From contig CBDVDH010000006.1 of the NCBI GenBank assembly GCA_965372715.1, positions 1-64,000 of the forward strand: a stretch of DNA of 64,000 bases, given 5' to 3'. The number at the start of each line of letters is the position of its first letter. Position 1 is the stretch's first letter. Origin of the DNA: an uncultured bacterium. GTDB taxonomy: Bacteria; B130-G9. Below are positions 1 to 10,500 of the stretch, in pieces. Made by a program: the position numbers and the translations under genes. The notes under the pieces are model-generated. The model was not told the DNA's origin. It did no database searches and saw only the letters and a list, made by a program, of their open reading frames with translations.

Positions 1-9
1 CCCTTCTTG

Positions 10-64
10 TCCGCCGTAGTCTCCGCCGTCGCCAAGCTTTGGCGGACAGGTTGTCGAAGGAGGA
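10..64. repeat. REP-like palindromic element (CCGCCGTAG...GCGAAGGAGG type, degenerate)
   Basis: tccgccgtag...tccgccgtcgccaagctttggcgga...gaaggagga; short nested inverted repeats in intergenic DNA. Confidence 0.4.
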
Positions 65-254
65 TTTCCGTTCTATCGCCAAACTGCTCCGATAGAATCA
101 GGAGTTTTCACATTTCTTAGTAGAGGCTGTCCAATAAGATCGGGCCCTGGAGGCTTCTTTGTCGATTTGCAGGAAAATGATACTGGAAATCGGGCCCATT
201 GTCAAGATCAAGGTGACGACCCGAAAAACCAGATTGGGCGGAGCAAAGAGGGCC

Positions 255-309
255 TTTTGGAGTGCGGCGGCCTGACGCCGCTTTCATTGGCGGTGACCTG
301 GCGCCGCCT
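255..309. repeat. Dispersed REP-like repeat, copy 1 (inverted partner at 6478-6533)
   Basis: ttttggagtgcg...tttcattggcggtgacctggcgccgcct; 282-309 matches the reverse complement of 6478-6505 at 27 of 28 nt. Confidence 0.75.
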
Positions 310-475
310 TCTCAGGACTGCGTTATGATCGGCACGGCGGACGGTTCGGGTCAAGGCGACCCTTGTTATGAAGTCGGCACCCAAGACCCCATATCCTCAG
401 ATAGAGATTCAGAGGGGTGCGTCTCGGGATAGCGCAACACCTAAACCCATCCCTATCTGATTGCTGGGCGCCCGC

Positions 476-504
476 TTGCATTAGCGCGACATGGACAGTA
501 TGCT
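476..504 (+). promoter_or_regulatory. Putative sigma70 promoter
   Basis: TTGCAT-17 nt-TATGCT upstream of the CDS at 586. Confidence 0.5.
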
Positions 505-585
505 CATGTCGGTTAATTTGTCTGTTTATTGCTGTGTAAGAGCTGTTTAGTCAGGTAGCCAAGATGGCGCCCGGGGTTAGAGCAC

Positions 586-2076
586 GTGAAAGTAACCCTT
601 ATTTCACCTTATCTTGACATTATTGCACAGGGGCTGCGCTGTCTCTCCTCGTTCATTAAGAGCAAGGGTTACGAGTGCGAGATGATCTTCTTGCCCGATT
701 ACAAGGCCCTCTTGAGCTACGATCCTCAGTTTGGCCGCCCCTACGAGCAGAGCCTGATGGATGACGTGGTTCAGACGTGCTCGGACTCGGATGTCGTCGG
801 TATCTGTGTGATGAGCAATTTCTTCGACCGGGTGGTTCAGCTGAGCGAGAACCTGAGAAAGAATCTCGATGCCCCTGTGATTTGGGGCGGCATACATCCC
901 ACGGTATCACCGGAGGAATCGCTCAACTATTGTGACATAGCGTGCGTCGGTGAGGGCGAGTATGCGATGCTCAACTTGCTGCGTGCGATGGAGCAGAAGA
1001 GGGATTACCGCGACACCAAGAACCTCTGGTTCAAAACCAATGGCGCTGTGCAGAAGAACCAGCTCGAGCCGCTCATCCTCGACCTCGACTCCCTTCCCTT
1101 TCAGGACTACGACTATGAGAGTCATTACACCGCGGCAAAGGATGGCAAGCGACTCCTGAGAATGACTTACGAGATACAAAAGGACCAGATTGTCAACGGG
1201 CTGCGCATCTGCGGTGGACTGTGCGTCTATCAGACGATAACGACGCGAGGCTGCCCTCACGCGTGTGCGTATTGCTGCCATTCCGCGCTGCGAAAGCTCT
1301 CCCCAGGCCAGAAGATACTTCGCCGGCGCAGCACGGAGAACGTGATTCAGGAACTCCAGCAGGTGAAGGAGCGGATGCCGTACGTTAAGCTGTTCCTCTT
1401 TGCCGACGAATCAATGCCCGCGATGCCAGAGCAGCGGCTGAAGGAGTTCTGCGAGGCGTATAAGAGAACAATAGGCCTGCCGTTTTTTGTTCAAGTCTCG
1501 CCCCCGTTCATGACGGAAGCGAAGATGGACTATCTCGTCGATGCGGGGATGCGCTGCGCGCAGATGGGCATTCAGACTGGCAGCGAGGAGGTCAACAGGG
1601 TCTATTACAATCGCAACATATCAAACGATGAAGTTCGCAGAGGCGCCAAGCTGTTGAACAAGCACAAGGACAGCACCTGTCCACCTATCTACGACATCAT
1701 ACTGGATAATCCATACGAGACGCGAGAGGACGTGCTCAAGACAGTCCGTCTGCTGATGGAATTGCCCAGACCATTTGCTGTCCAGTTCTTCTCGCTGACG
1801 TTCTATCCCGGGACCGAGATTTACGAAAGAGCCAAGGCGGACGGTATCATCAAGGACGAGCGTAGCACAGTCTATCGCAAGCACTATCACGCCTTCGAGA
1901 AGTCTTTCCTGAACTTCCTGGTTATGGGCGCCCACTATGGCTTTCCCAAGCCGCTCATGAAGCTCCTATCCAGCGAATTCGTCGCTAAAATACTCGACCA
2001 AAAATGCCTCCGCTGGTTCTGGCGCCTGGTCCACAAGTCTCTCAAAAGCCTGAAGCGGCTCCTAAAAGGGCACTAG
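586..2076 (+). CDS. Cobalamin (B12)-binding domain radical SAM protein
   Basis: N-terminal B12-binding region (WGGIHPT, VGEGE) and TRGCPHACAYC CxxxCxxC motif, GIQTGSE. Confidence 0.93.
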   Translation: MKVTLISPYLDIIAQGLRCLSSFIKSKGYECEMIFLPDYKALLSYDPQFGRPYEQSLMDDVVQTCSDSDVVGICVMSNFFDRVVQLSENLRKNLDAPVIWGGIHPTVSPEESLNYCDIACVGEGEYAMLNLLRAMEQKRDYRDTKNLWFKTNGAVQKNQLEPLILDLDSLPFQDYDYESHYTAAKDGKRLLRMTYEIQKDQIVNGLRICGGLCVYQTITTRGCPHACAYCCHSALRKLSPGQKILRRRSTENVIQELQQVKERMPYVKLFLFADESMPAMPEQRLKEFCEAYKRTIGLPFFVQVSPPFMTEAKMDYLVDAGMRCAQMGIQTGSEEVNRVYYNRNISNDEVRRGAKLLNKHKDSTCPPIYDIILDNPYETREDVLKTVRLLMELPRPFAVQFFSLTFYPGTEIYERAKADGIIKDERSTVYRKHYHAFEKSFLNFLVMGAHYGFPKPLMKLLSSEFVAKILDQKCLRWFWRLVHKSLKSLKRLLKGH

Positions 2077-2110
2077 ATTTCGGATTTGGGATTGTGGATT
2101 GCGGATTGAA
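2076..2110. repeat. Heptamer tandem array (GATTGCG-type, 5 degenerate units)
   Basis: gatttcg gatttgg gattgtg gattgcg gattgaa just upstream of a four-helix-bundle gene. Confidence 0.8.
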
Positions 2111-2141
2111 AACATGACAGCCAATGCGCATTGTTTTGGGT

Positions 2142-2423
2142 ATGGATGCTGAAGAATTCAGGCGCAGGACGAAGGCATTTGCGCTGCGCGCGATTCGGCT
2201 CGTTGAGGCGTTGCCGAAGTCGCGGACGGCGGATGTGCTCGGAAGACAGCTGATGCGGTGTGGGATATCGGTCGGGGCCAATTACCGGGCCGCTTGCCGA
2301 GCCAAGTCCCCACAAATGATCCACAATCGGCAATTGGTGATAGCGCTTGACATTGAGCCCAAACCTGTATATTCTGGTGATGGGCGCATCGTTCAGTACA
2401 GCGAGCGCGTGTTATTCGGGTAG
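2142..2423 (+). pseudogene. Four helix bundle protein (23S rRNA IVP / TIGR02436-like), 3' truncated
   Basis: MDAEEFRRRTKAFALRAIRLVEALP...QLMRCGISVGANYRAACRAKS matches the family N-half; similarity stops near 2310 and the rest of the ORF runs through a promoter-like sequence. Confidence 0.8.
2347..2375 (+). promoter_or_regulatory. Near-consensus sigma70 promoter
   Basis: TTGACA-17 nt-TATTCT, upstream of the 2536/2972 gene pair. Confidence 0.65.
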
Positions 2424-2535
2424 AAAGCGGAGGAGGCGGGTAATATGCGGGGCAACGTAATCAATGCTATGCTTCCCAAGGAACTGCACACTTGGATGAC
2501 GACAATCTGTGGAGGTCAAACCTCGGAGGTAGGGA

Positions 2536-2979
2536 ATGGATGTACTCATGGCCTGTGTGCCCGTAATAATCTCAGCAACGAAGTTTCTACTCACAGAGCT
2601 CCCGAAATGGCTCGATAGACTTCGACAACGAAGCGGTGCTTCGGCAGAAAAACCACAGATTCCTCGTCAGAGCGGAAAGCTTGCACTGAATGTTGCGCGC
2701 TTTGCTCAGCTCGAAGCAAACCCTCAAGCCCTCGCCGATCTGATTAACGCTCAAGAGGCGGAAGCAAATGCGTACGTAATCGAAGGGCTCGTGCAACAGA
2801 TCAAGATTCATCATAAGAACTTGACAGATAATGAGTCGGTTGAAGCAGAGTACGGAGCCCTTACGCCCCAGCATGTCAAGAGAGCTATTGAGCGTGAGAC
2901 TACGGCGATTATGGAGAAGTCGGCCCGACTCAAGGTACTTCTTGAGCAGGTCTATCAAGGGAGGATTGGAGATGCCTAA
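2536..2979 (+). CDS. Hypothetical helical protein (possible adaptor)
   Basis: 147-aa ORF, GGAGG RBS, overlaps the start of the next gene. Confidence 0.7.
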   Translation: MDVLMACVPVIISATKFLLTELPKWLDRLRQRSGASAEKPQIPRQSGKLALNVARFAQLEANPQALADLINAQEAEANAYVIEGLVQQIKIHHKNLTDNESVEAEYGALTPQHVKRAIERETTAIMEKSARLKVLLEQVYQGRIGDA

Positions 2980-4039
2980 GTCACCATTCCGCCCATTTGA
3001 TCGTGCGATTGGCCAATCCATACTGCGCGTAGACTACTGTGACATCACAACTCTCAATGTCGATGTTGTGGTTAGCTCTGACGATATCGATCTCTCAATG
3101 GGAGGGGGCGTCTCGCAAGCTCTTCTGAGAGCAGGTGGCAAACCTGTCTGGCGTGAGGCTCAGTCACAGGCTCCGATCCCGTTGGGCGACGTTGCTGTGA
3201 CAACAGCGGGCCGGCTGACTGCGAAACAGATATTCCATGCGGCTGTCCTGGATTACGCGAGAAGAGAGCTGACCACCATCGATCTGGTCAGGAGGGTCAC
3301 CAAGCGGTGCCTATGCCTTTGCGACGAAATGGGATTTCAATCAATAGCATTCCCTGCGTTGGCGACGGGCGCCGCCCGGCTTTCGCCCGAGCGATCAGCA
3401 ATAGCCATGCTAATTGAAACGGCCTCCCATCTTAGCTCGAAGACAAGCTTGAGAACTGTCATTATGGCTCTCTACCCAAGGCCAGGGTTGCAACGTGATA
3501 TCCTGCCTCGTTTCTACTCCCAGGTCCAGGATCTGCTTGAACGGACTGAGCAGATCAAGATTGTCACTTCTTCGCTGGGAAAGCTTGAGCATGTGTACCG
3601 CGAGCTGAAGTCTAGTGAATCGGTAGAAGAAATCGTCCAGACGCGAGAAAGCTTGCTTCGGCACCGAGATATGTGGGAGCAAGACATGCTGGAAAGAGAA
3701 CCAGGGGATTCCAGGCGCGAGCGCTCGTGGAGAGAATACCGAGACGATATAGACCCAGAACTCGAAAGAATGTCCGCGCTGCGAAGACGTCCGCAGGAAT
3801 TGGAGAGATTCAGATCGGAGAGAAGTCGGCCGGAGGATTGGAGGAGGTTGGAGTCTGAGTACACGGAATACCGTTCGGCTGCGGTGCGCGGCATGATTGC
3901 CATCCGAAAGCGGAACATCACTGACATCGAAATGGAACTGACGAAACGAGGCTTTTCAACCGATCTGAAACGTATGCTGGAGTACGAGAAGGAGCAGTTG
4001 CAGAGATTAGAAGCCGAACTCGGGGAGTTGTGTGATTGA
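2972..4039 (+). CDS. Macro (ADP-ribose-binding) domain protein with C-terminal coiled coil
   Basis: CDITTLNVDVVVSS...LSMGGGVSQALLRAGG...TTAGRL...IFHAA...SIAFPALATG macrodomain motifs; ATG 2972 after GGAG. Confidence 0.88.
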   Translation: MPKSPFRPFDRAIGQSILRVDYCDITTLNVDVVVSSDDIDLSMGGGVSQALLRAGGKPVWREAQSQAPIPLGDVAVTTAGRLTAKQIFHAAVLDYARRELTTIDLVRRVTKRCLCLCDEMGFQSIAFPALATGAARLSPERSAIAMLIETASHLSSKTSLRTVIMALYPRPGLQRDILPRFYSQVQDLLERTEQIKIVTSSLGKLEHVYRELKSSESVEEIVQTRESLLRHRDMWEQDMLEREPGDSRRERSWREYRDDIDPELERMSALRRRPQELERFRSERSRPEDWRRLESEYTEYRSAAVRGMIAIRKRNITDIEMELTKRGFSTDLKRMLEYEKEQLQRLEAELGELCD

Positions 4040-4090
4040 AGCCTGCGGTTGCGGGAGCTAAGAGTCGTCAAGCGATTCACAGCAAAGGCA

Positions 4091-4167
4091 GGCAGGCGAC
4101 GGCTTGCAGCCTGCGCTCCCATGTCGCTTCGGGTCACAGCCGCGCGGCTCATGCCAGCGCGATATAC
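4091..4167 (+). mobile_element. Degenerate integron attC-like site
   Basis: GGCTTGCAGCC...GGCTCATGCC pairs with one bulged C, like attC L boxes; the AAC/GTT core sites are corrupted (GATATAC at the right end). Confidence 0.35.
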
Positions 4168-4459
4168 GCCCTCAAGGCCATCCAACCGACGCTATGACCA
4201 TTGTTTGAGCTGGGTCTGCAAGTGCTTTTGGGACGCGCAGCTGTTGAGACGGAGGGCGGTGGATCGCGCCCGAGGCCCCGAAAAGTCAGATCAGCGTTCG
4301 GCCATCGGAACTTGCCCGTGTCGTCTCTCGAAGGTATTGTGATCAGGAAAGATGTGGAGGTCAATTGTTGAGGATTACAGATGTCGTCTGGAAGGAGCGC
4401 ATGGTCGAGGTCTTGTCGAATTTGTGGCATGTTTACTGCGAAGGAAATAAGGAATCACG

Positions 4460-5362
4460 GTGTTGGGAATGAATACCTCACGCAACATACCACAGCCGAT
4501 CCCATACCAAGGCAGCAAACGACAGCTTGCACCTAGCATTCTGCCTCACTTTCCCAAAGACGCTTCACGTATCGTTGAACCATTCGCCGGTTCCTCTGCG
4601 ATTTCGATCGCTGCCGCTCTAGGCGGGTTGGCATCGGAATTCTGGATCAATGATGGCCATGCGGCATTGATGGATCTCTGGCGCGCGATTATCGAGAGGC
4701 CCGACGTGATTTCTGACGCTTATTCCAGATTGTGGGATGCTCAATTAGGAAACGAACGCAAATTCTTCGACCAAGTGAGAGCTCGTTTCAACGAGTCTCA
4801 CCGACCAGCAGACTTCCTTTACTTGCTTGCGCGATGTGTGAAGGCAGCGATTCGCTACAACTCAAATGGTGAGTTTAACAACACTCCCGACAACCGCCGG
4901 AAGGGCGCACGGCCAGATTCGATGCGTCGCCGCATTCACCACGCTTCATACCTTCTCCAAGGACGCACCAAGATTACCAGTTGGGATTACAGGAAGGTAC
5001 TCGACGAGTGCACAGTTGACGATTTGGTTTACATGGACCCACCATACCAAGGTGTGTGCGGGAATCGCGATCAAAGATATCTGCCGAGATTCGAGCATGG
5101 CGAGTTTTGCTTAGAACTCGAGAAGCTCAATGAAAGAAACATTCGATACGCTATCTCGTACGACGGACGCACAGGAAACAAGACATTTGGGCGACCAATG
5201 CCTGATTCTCTCGACCTGACACGCATAGAATTGCGGGCAGGGCGTTCCACCCAGGCGACCTTGCTCGGCCGATCAGACGTGACATATGAGTCGCTATACC
5301 TCTCGCCGAATCTCTCACCCTCAGAAGTTCTGGATCGTGAACTGCAAATGTCTCTTTGGTAG
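4460..5362 (+). CDS. DNA adenine methyltransferase, Dam/D12 (alpha) class
   Basis: PYQGSK, EPFAGS (motif I) and YMDPPY (motif IV). Confidence 0.93.
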   Translation: MLGMNTSRNIPQPIPYQGSKRQLAPSILPHFPKDASRIVEPFAGSSAISIAAALGGLASEFWINDGHAALMDLWRAIIERPDVISDAYSRLWDAQLGNERKFFDQVRARFNESHRPADFLYLLARCVKAAIRYNSNGEFNNTPDNRRKGARPDSMRRRIHHASYLLQGRTKITSWDYRKVLDECTVDDLVYMDPPYQGVCGNRDQRYLPRFEHGEFCLELEKLNERNIRYAISYDGRTGNKTFGRPMPDSLDLTRIELRAGRSTQATLLGRSDVTYESLYLSPNLSPSEVLDRELQMSLW

Positions 5363-5372
5363 AGAGGATTGC

Positions 5373-6128
5373 ATGGCAAAAAAGAAGAGAATAACCAAAG
5401 CAAGAGGATTACCGGAAGACTTTCTTCAAAAACTGCGATCTATAACCGCCAAAAGGGCCAAGACGGTCATCGACCACATCTTAAAACATGGTTTCGTAAC
5501 AACCGAAGAGCTGAGTGAGTTATACGGTTACGAGCACGCTCCTCGGGCTGCGCGCGATGTGCGAGAACTGGGTATTCCGTTGGAAACATACCGGGTTGAA
5601 GGAAAATCCGGGAGGAGAATCGCCGCGTATCGTTTTGGCGATCCCTCGAAAACACGTGGTGGCAGTATTGGCGGGAGGAGAGCTTGGCCGAAGGAATTGA
5701 AGTCTCAATTGGTTCTGGCACACGGTGGAAGATGCGCGGTTTGCTTGACCCGTTACGAGGCGCGGTACCTCCAGATCGACCATCGCGTGCCTTATGAAGT
5801 TGGAGGCGATCCAGAGCGCGACCTGAATGTTGTAGACTACATGCTCTTGTGTGGTTCGTGCAATCGTGCGAAATCTTGGTCATGTGAACACTGTCAGAAC
5901 TGGAAGGCCGACCATTCAATAGAGGTTTGCGGAACATGCTATTGGGCAAACCCCAAAAACCACAAGCATGTTGCGTTGCGAGTGGTACGACGACTCGATG
6001 TCACATGGACTGAAGATGAGGTTCAAGAGTACGATCGACTTGTTGTGCTTTCGCATTATGCCGAACAGGAATTACCCGATTTCGTCAAACAGTGCCTGCG
6101 ACGGGTTGACGAGCCAGATCAAACGTGA
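5373..6128 (+). CDS. HNH-family type II restriction endonuclease (SphI/NspI-like)
   Basis: CAVC...LQIDHRVP...LCGSCNRAKSWSCEHC...CGTCYWA HNH/Zn motifs and N-terminal GYEHAPRAARD; directly downstream of the methylase. SphI likeness is from recall. Confidence 0.85.
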   Translation: MAKKKRITKARGLPEDFLQKLRSITAKRAKTVIDHILKHGFVTTEELSELYGYEHAPRAARDVRELGIPLETYRVEGKSGRRIAAYRFGDPSKTRGGSIGGRRAWPKELKSQLVLAHGGRCAVCLTRYEARYLQIDHRVPYEVGGDPERDLNVVDYMLLCGSCNRAKSWSCEHCQNWKADHSIEVCGTCYWANPKNHKHVALRVVRRLDVTWTEDEVQEYDRLVVLSHYAEQELPDFVKQCLRRVDEPDQT

Positions 6129-6177
6129 AGCTGCCTGTTTTTCGCAATGAATTGTTGCCCGAAAAGGGTACGGAACA

Positions 6178-6396
6178 ATGAGCATGGATTCCAAATACGA
6201 GATCATCATTTTCTGGAGCGAGGAGGACGGCGCGTTTGTCGCTGAGGTCCCGGAGCTTGCGGGCTGCATGGCCGACGGCAAAACGCGCCAGGAAGCCCTC
6301 CTGAACGCCGAGCAGATCATCAAGGAGTGGATTGAGACTGCCGAAGAACTCGGCAGATTGATTCCCCGGCCTAAGGGTCGCCTTGCCTACGCATGA
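6178..6396 (+). CDS. hicB: HicB-like antitoxin (short form), no hicA partner visible
   Basis: YEIIIFWSEEDGAFVAEVPELAGCMADGKTRQEAL...IPRPKGRL. Confidence 0.85.
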   Translation: MSMDSKYEIIIFWSEEDGAFVAEVPELAGCMADGKTRQEALLNAEQIIKEWIETAEELGRLIPRPKGRLAYA

Positions 6397-6477
6397 GCGA
6401 AACGTCGATAAGGGGCAAAGAGCAAGGCGAGCACGATCCTCAGCAGCGTCCTGAAGCGGCAGGGCTTGAGTTAGGGC

Positions 6478-6533
6478 AGGCGGTGCCAGGTCACCGCCAA
6501 TGAAATCCGCCGCGCGGCGGACGCAGTCCAAAA
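6478..6533. repeat. Dispersed REP-like repeat, copy 2 (inverted relative to 255-309)
   Basis: aggcggtgccaggtcaccgccaatgaaa...cgcagtccaaaa. Confidence 0.75.
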
Positions 6534-6630
6534 CGACCCGTCTCTGATGAGTCTGTCCCCGAATCAGTGGCTTATGACATTCCCCCGAAAAATCAGACTG
6601 GGCTAAATGCTGGAGCTTTCGCGGACATTG

Positions 6631-7038
6631 CTAGCTATTATGGGTCCTTTTGACCACCTTGGGGTTGTGAACCAGATAGCACGCCCCTGTGCTTAGACAG
6701 CCTTTGCAGAAGGGCTGGTATGTCTTGAGCGACCTGATCTCCTCCGGGGAAAGGTCGAAGAGGTTACCCAGACCGTATTTCCCAACGTCAGTGCCTACAA
6801 TGCAGCAGGGCAGGAGGTTGCATTCCTCATCCAGGGTCGACATGCTGTGCTGGGGGCATTTGTAGTCGTGAGGCATTTGGGCTATGAGGTCCTTTACGTA
6901 AGACAGGACCAATTCCCGTGAAGCCCTTTCCAGCTGTTCACGAGGCATCTTTGATGACAAGTAGTTCATGCACAGGTCGAAATCAGCGAGATACGCGTAA
7001 TATGCAAGCAGATTGATGCGGCGCTGTGGCGTTTCGCC
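6631..7038 (-). pseudogene. 3' remnant of a radical SAM protein (SPASM/twitch-like domain only)
   Basis: CPQHSM..LDEECNLLPCC...GLGNLFDLSPEEI...FCKGC; the frame is closed by a stop just upstream of 7038 and lacks CxxxCxxC. Confidence 0.65.
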
Positions 7039-7200
7039 TTAGATGCTGCTTGCGTTTTGACATCAGCTGATCGGCGGCATATTAAAGGCAGATCTGGGCA
7101 CTTGAGGTTAAACTTGTTACGGTAGCGTTCCGATGCCAATCAAAGGGTTCATGGTAGCCGCTTCAGATTCAGAATCAGTGTGAGTGATGGGGAACGGGAT

Positions 7201-7506
7201 ATGTCCGACCTCGATTGCGGGAAACCGGTTAGGCAATTGGCCGATTCGGCAGATGTTCTCTCGGGCAAGTCCATTTTTGCGTCGATTCTGAGTGAATGCT
7301 GGGACGATCTGGCCAACGATCTGTTCCCGAAGGACAGGAGGATGAGCGTGCTTGCCGAGCGGGACGTTGACGGGATGAGCTGCGAGAACGTCCGTTTCCT
7401 CGTCAACGAGACGGTTCGCAGGTTTGCGCATCATGGCGTCTATCTCGAGGTCGGCTTGGCGGGTTGGGTCGGCTCAGCTTCCCCAGGTTACGAACTTGGA
7501 ACCTGA
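7201..7506 (+). pseudogene. 5' remnant of a class I SAM-dependent methyltransferase
   Basis: DGMSCENVRFLVN...VYLEVG motif-I region, then ends about 15 aa later. Confidence 0.55.
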
Positions 7507-7589
7507 AGCTCACCACCTTTGCCCTCTGCGCAATCGAGGCGTATATTAAGCTGCCTGGTTTGATGCTTCGATAGGTTAGAAAAGCGATT

Positions 7590-10500
7590 GTGCGCGAGGT
7601 TTTGCGCCGAGCGAACTTGCGATGGGGCACGTGTTTTTTGAGCACAAACGAAAACTCATCACGCGGTAGTGTTCCGCTGAATGTCCTGAGGCCGAGAAAG
7701 GTCGTTCGGATCGATCCGAGCCTTGAGCCGGCCGTTGAGCGCGTCTCGGGCATGGCCATGGATAGCCTGGGCAACATATTCCTCAGCGACGAATACAACC
7801 ACCGGATTGTGAAGCTATCCGCATCTGGCGACGTGTTGTGGGCAGTCGGAGCTAAGGGGCAGGGCGAGGGCTCGTTCTTCTATCCTCGCGGCCTTACGGT
7901 TCTCGAAGAGCTTGCGCAGGTGCTGGTTTGTGATAGCTGGAATCACCGCATTACGGCCCTTGACCTAGACGGCAACCTCAAGTTCTCGTTCGGTCACGTT
8001 GGCTCTGGCGCCGGGCAGTTCTACGAGCCTCAAGCCATCTGCGCAACGACCGCGGATGAGCTGATAGTAGTAGTTGACAGGGGCAACCACCGGCTCCAGC
8101 GTTTCTCGCCGGACGGCAAGTTTAAGGGCATGATCGGCCGACGAGGCTCCGTGGTGGAGCAGGAGATAGCTTTGCTTCACGACACGCCCGCCGAGCTGTT
8201 CAGCCGGCCATGTTTTCTGTTTCCGTCGGGCGTCGCGCCTCTTTCGTCCGACAGCGTTTCAGTGCTGGATGCGGGTAATCGCAGGGTTTTGATTTTCACG
8301 GACCAGCTGGAACTCGTATCCGAATATGAGCTTTCCGACCCGGCAGAGGACGGCAGGTTCGCGCCCACAGCGATCGCCGCCAATGACGAGGGTTTCTTTT
8401 TCCTACTTGATACTGAACACCGAACGATTCAGCAAGTTGCGCCTCCTGGGCTTCCGATTGTGACGTTCGAGATTGAGGCCTCCCAAGAGCACGGCGAGCT
8501 CCAGCCGCAGTTGTTGGCGACTGCCGGGGGCCTCGTCGTCGTAAACGCGCCGCCTTGCGAGCTCTCGTTCTTCCAGCTTGAGCAGTCGTCGCTGAAGGAC
8601 GCGATTCTAAATGCGACCGACACCCCAGACAAGAAAGATGCGGCCGTGGAGTCGCTGATCGAGATCGGCGTCAAGCGAGGAGACGCTGACCTTGTCAATC
8701 AGGGGGTCTCGGGCGCGGTATCGCGTGAGGCGGCATCTTTTGCGAGCCTTCGAGTGGCGGCATGGGGCCTGATGAAGCTCGAGCAGCCCCTGAATCTCTA
8801 TTTGCTGCTGTCGCGGGCGGTGCAGGCAGCGAACGGCGAGCGGGAACGGAATGAGAATGAGCAGATTGCGCTTCTTCGCGAGCTGGAGCCAAAGATGGCT
8901 CTTTCAGCCAACGAGACGGTTGCATGTGAGGCGGCTTTAATAGCTGACGACGCTTCGCCCCATTCCGTGAGTGAGGGGGACGCCCTTCGTGATTATCAGG
9001 CGACGTTGCTTAAGCTGAAGCTCCTGATGGCCAAGGAGACGCGCCAGACAAACAGACTCATCGAGCTGGTGCGCGATGCGGCAGTGCTATATAGGCGTCG
9101 TGAGCTTTGGGAGGGGTTTGAGTTCTGCCTCGGCGTGCTGCTTCAGGCGGCGCTCAAGGAGGCCGAATCGCTCAAGGATTCGCTTCTTGGCATTAGAAAT
9201 CGGCTCGGCGAGATGGTGGGCCTCTGTAAGAGTGTAATGGCGGACAGTCCTGAGCAGCAGGCGGTGAATCGCTTCGTCTATCTCGGTCGATACCGCGCCG
9301 TGCTTGAGGCCAATCGCGGACTGTACTTGGGCGCCTTGACGAGAGCGACGGACAGTATCGGCGTCGTGCTGGGTGAACAGCTCACCTCGTCTGCGGCGTC
9401 GGCGAGGTTCTTGGAGAGAACAGACAGGGCGGAGCAGGAGTTTGTGCGGCGTTTGCTTGATTCGGTGGCGGCGGTTTTCGCCATTGGCGGCGCGGACCGT
9501 GAAGTACTGGACACGACTGGGCGTCTTATCTGGACGTTGCTGAGGTCATACCCGAGCCTGAGAAAGCTAGCGGCGCGCAAGGACGCCTTCGAGTCGCTGG
9601 GCTACGATCCGACGAACGTATCTGTTGACACCGGGGAGTTGGAGCGATTCGTCTATGCGTATCTTTTTAGCAGGGCTGTTGACGGGGATGGCCTTATTGG
9701 CGCCCCGGTTTTTGACGAGGCGGCGTCGGTCGCCTGGGACGATGTGAATCTGTCGAACATTATGGAGTCAATCCGCAATCCGCAATCCCCAATCCGCAAT
9801 CCGCAGGACGGTCACGCGAATGACCCGCTGGACGTTATCAAGCAGGTCAGGGACAGCATCGTGACGCATGGCCAGAGTTGGGCGCGTGTCATTTTGGAAT
9901 CTTACATGAGGCTTGCTGGTCTGCGCGCCTCACCCAGGGCGATCGCCAACAAAGCTCTCATGGATTTCCTGGTGAATCGGCAGCGCGACTGCTATGGGAC
10001 AATCTTCGACGCCCACCGGATGTCGCTTGAGGGGAGCTCTCAGCTGTTGAAGCTGCTTGTTGCCGGGGTGGTTGCGTCCGGTGATGAGAAGTTGATTTCA
10101 CAGGTTGGCAAGGAGCTTTCGACAACGCGGCTTGTCGAGTTTCTTGAGAGGCTGGCCTCGAACGTCTGCCCTCCGCTGACGGACAAGTCTGGTAAGCCCG
10201 TTTGCGACAACGAATCGCTCACGAATCTCCGGCAGCGCAACGAGGTCTTAGACGTTGTTTTGAACGCTTTAAATCGCGTCAGAATGCTCTTTGCCAATAG
10301 TCGATTTCACTTGTCGCTGGCTGGCGCCAAGTTTGGTATTCAGCTCGGGGACGACGACGGCGTGGAATGGGCTAATAAAGGGACGGCGGACCTTATGCTC
10401 GCGTCCTCCGAGAACTATGTCCGCTGCCAGCATGGGCTGCGCGAATGGCTGTGGTCGCATTGGGGCAAGGAGTCGCTCGGCTCGCGTGAGGGCGTGCTTG

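Noticed and set aside
6393-6503. Short ORF after hicB as hicA toxin
   Set aside because: No HicA GSH motif; runs into a repeat element
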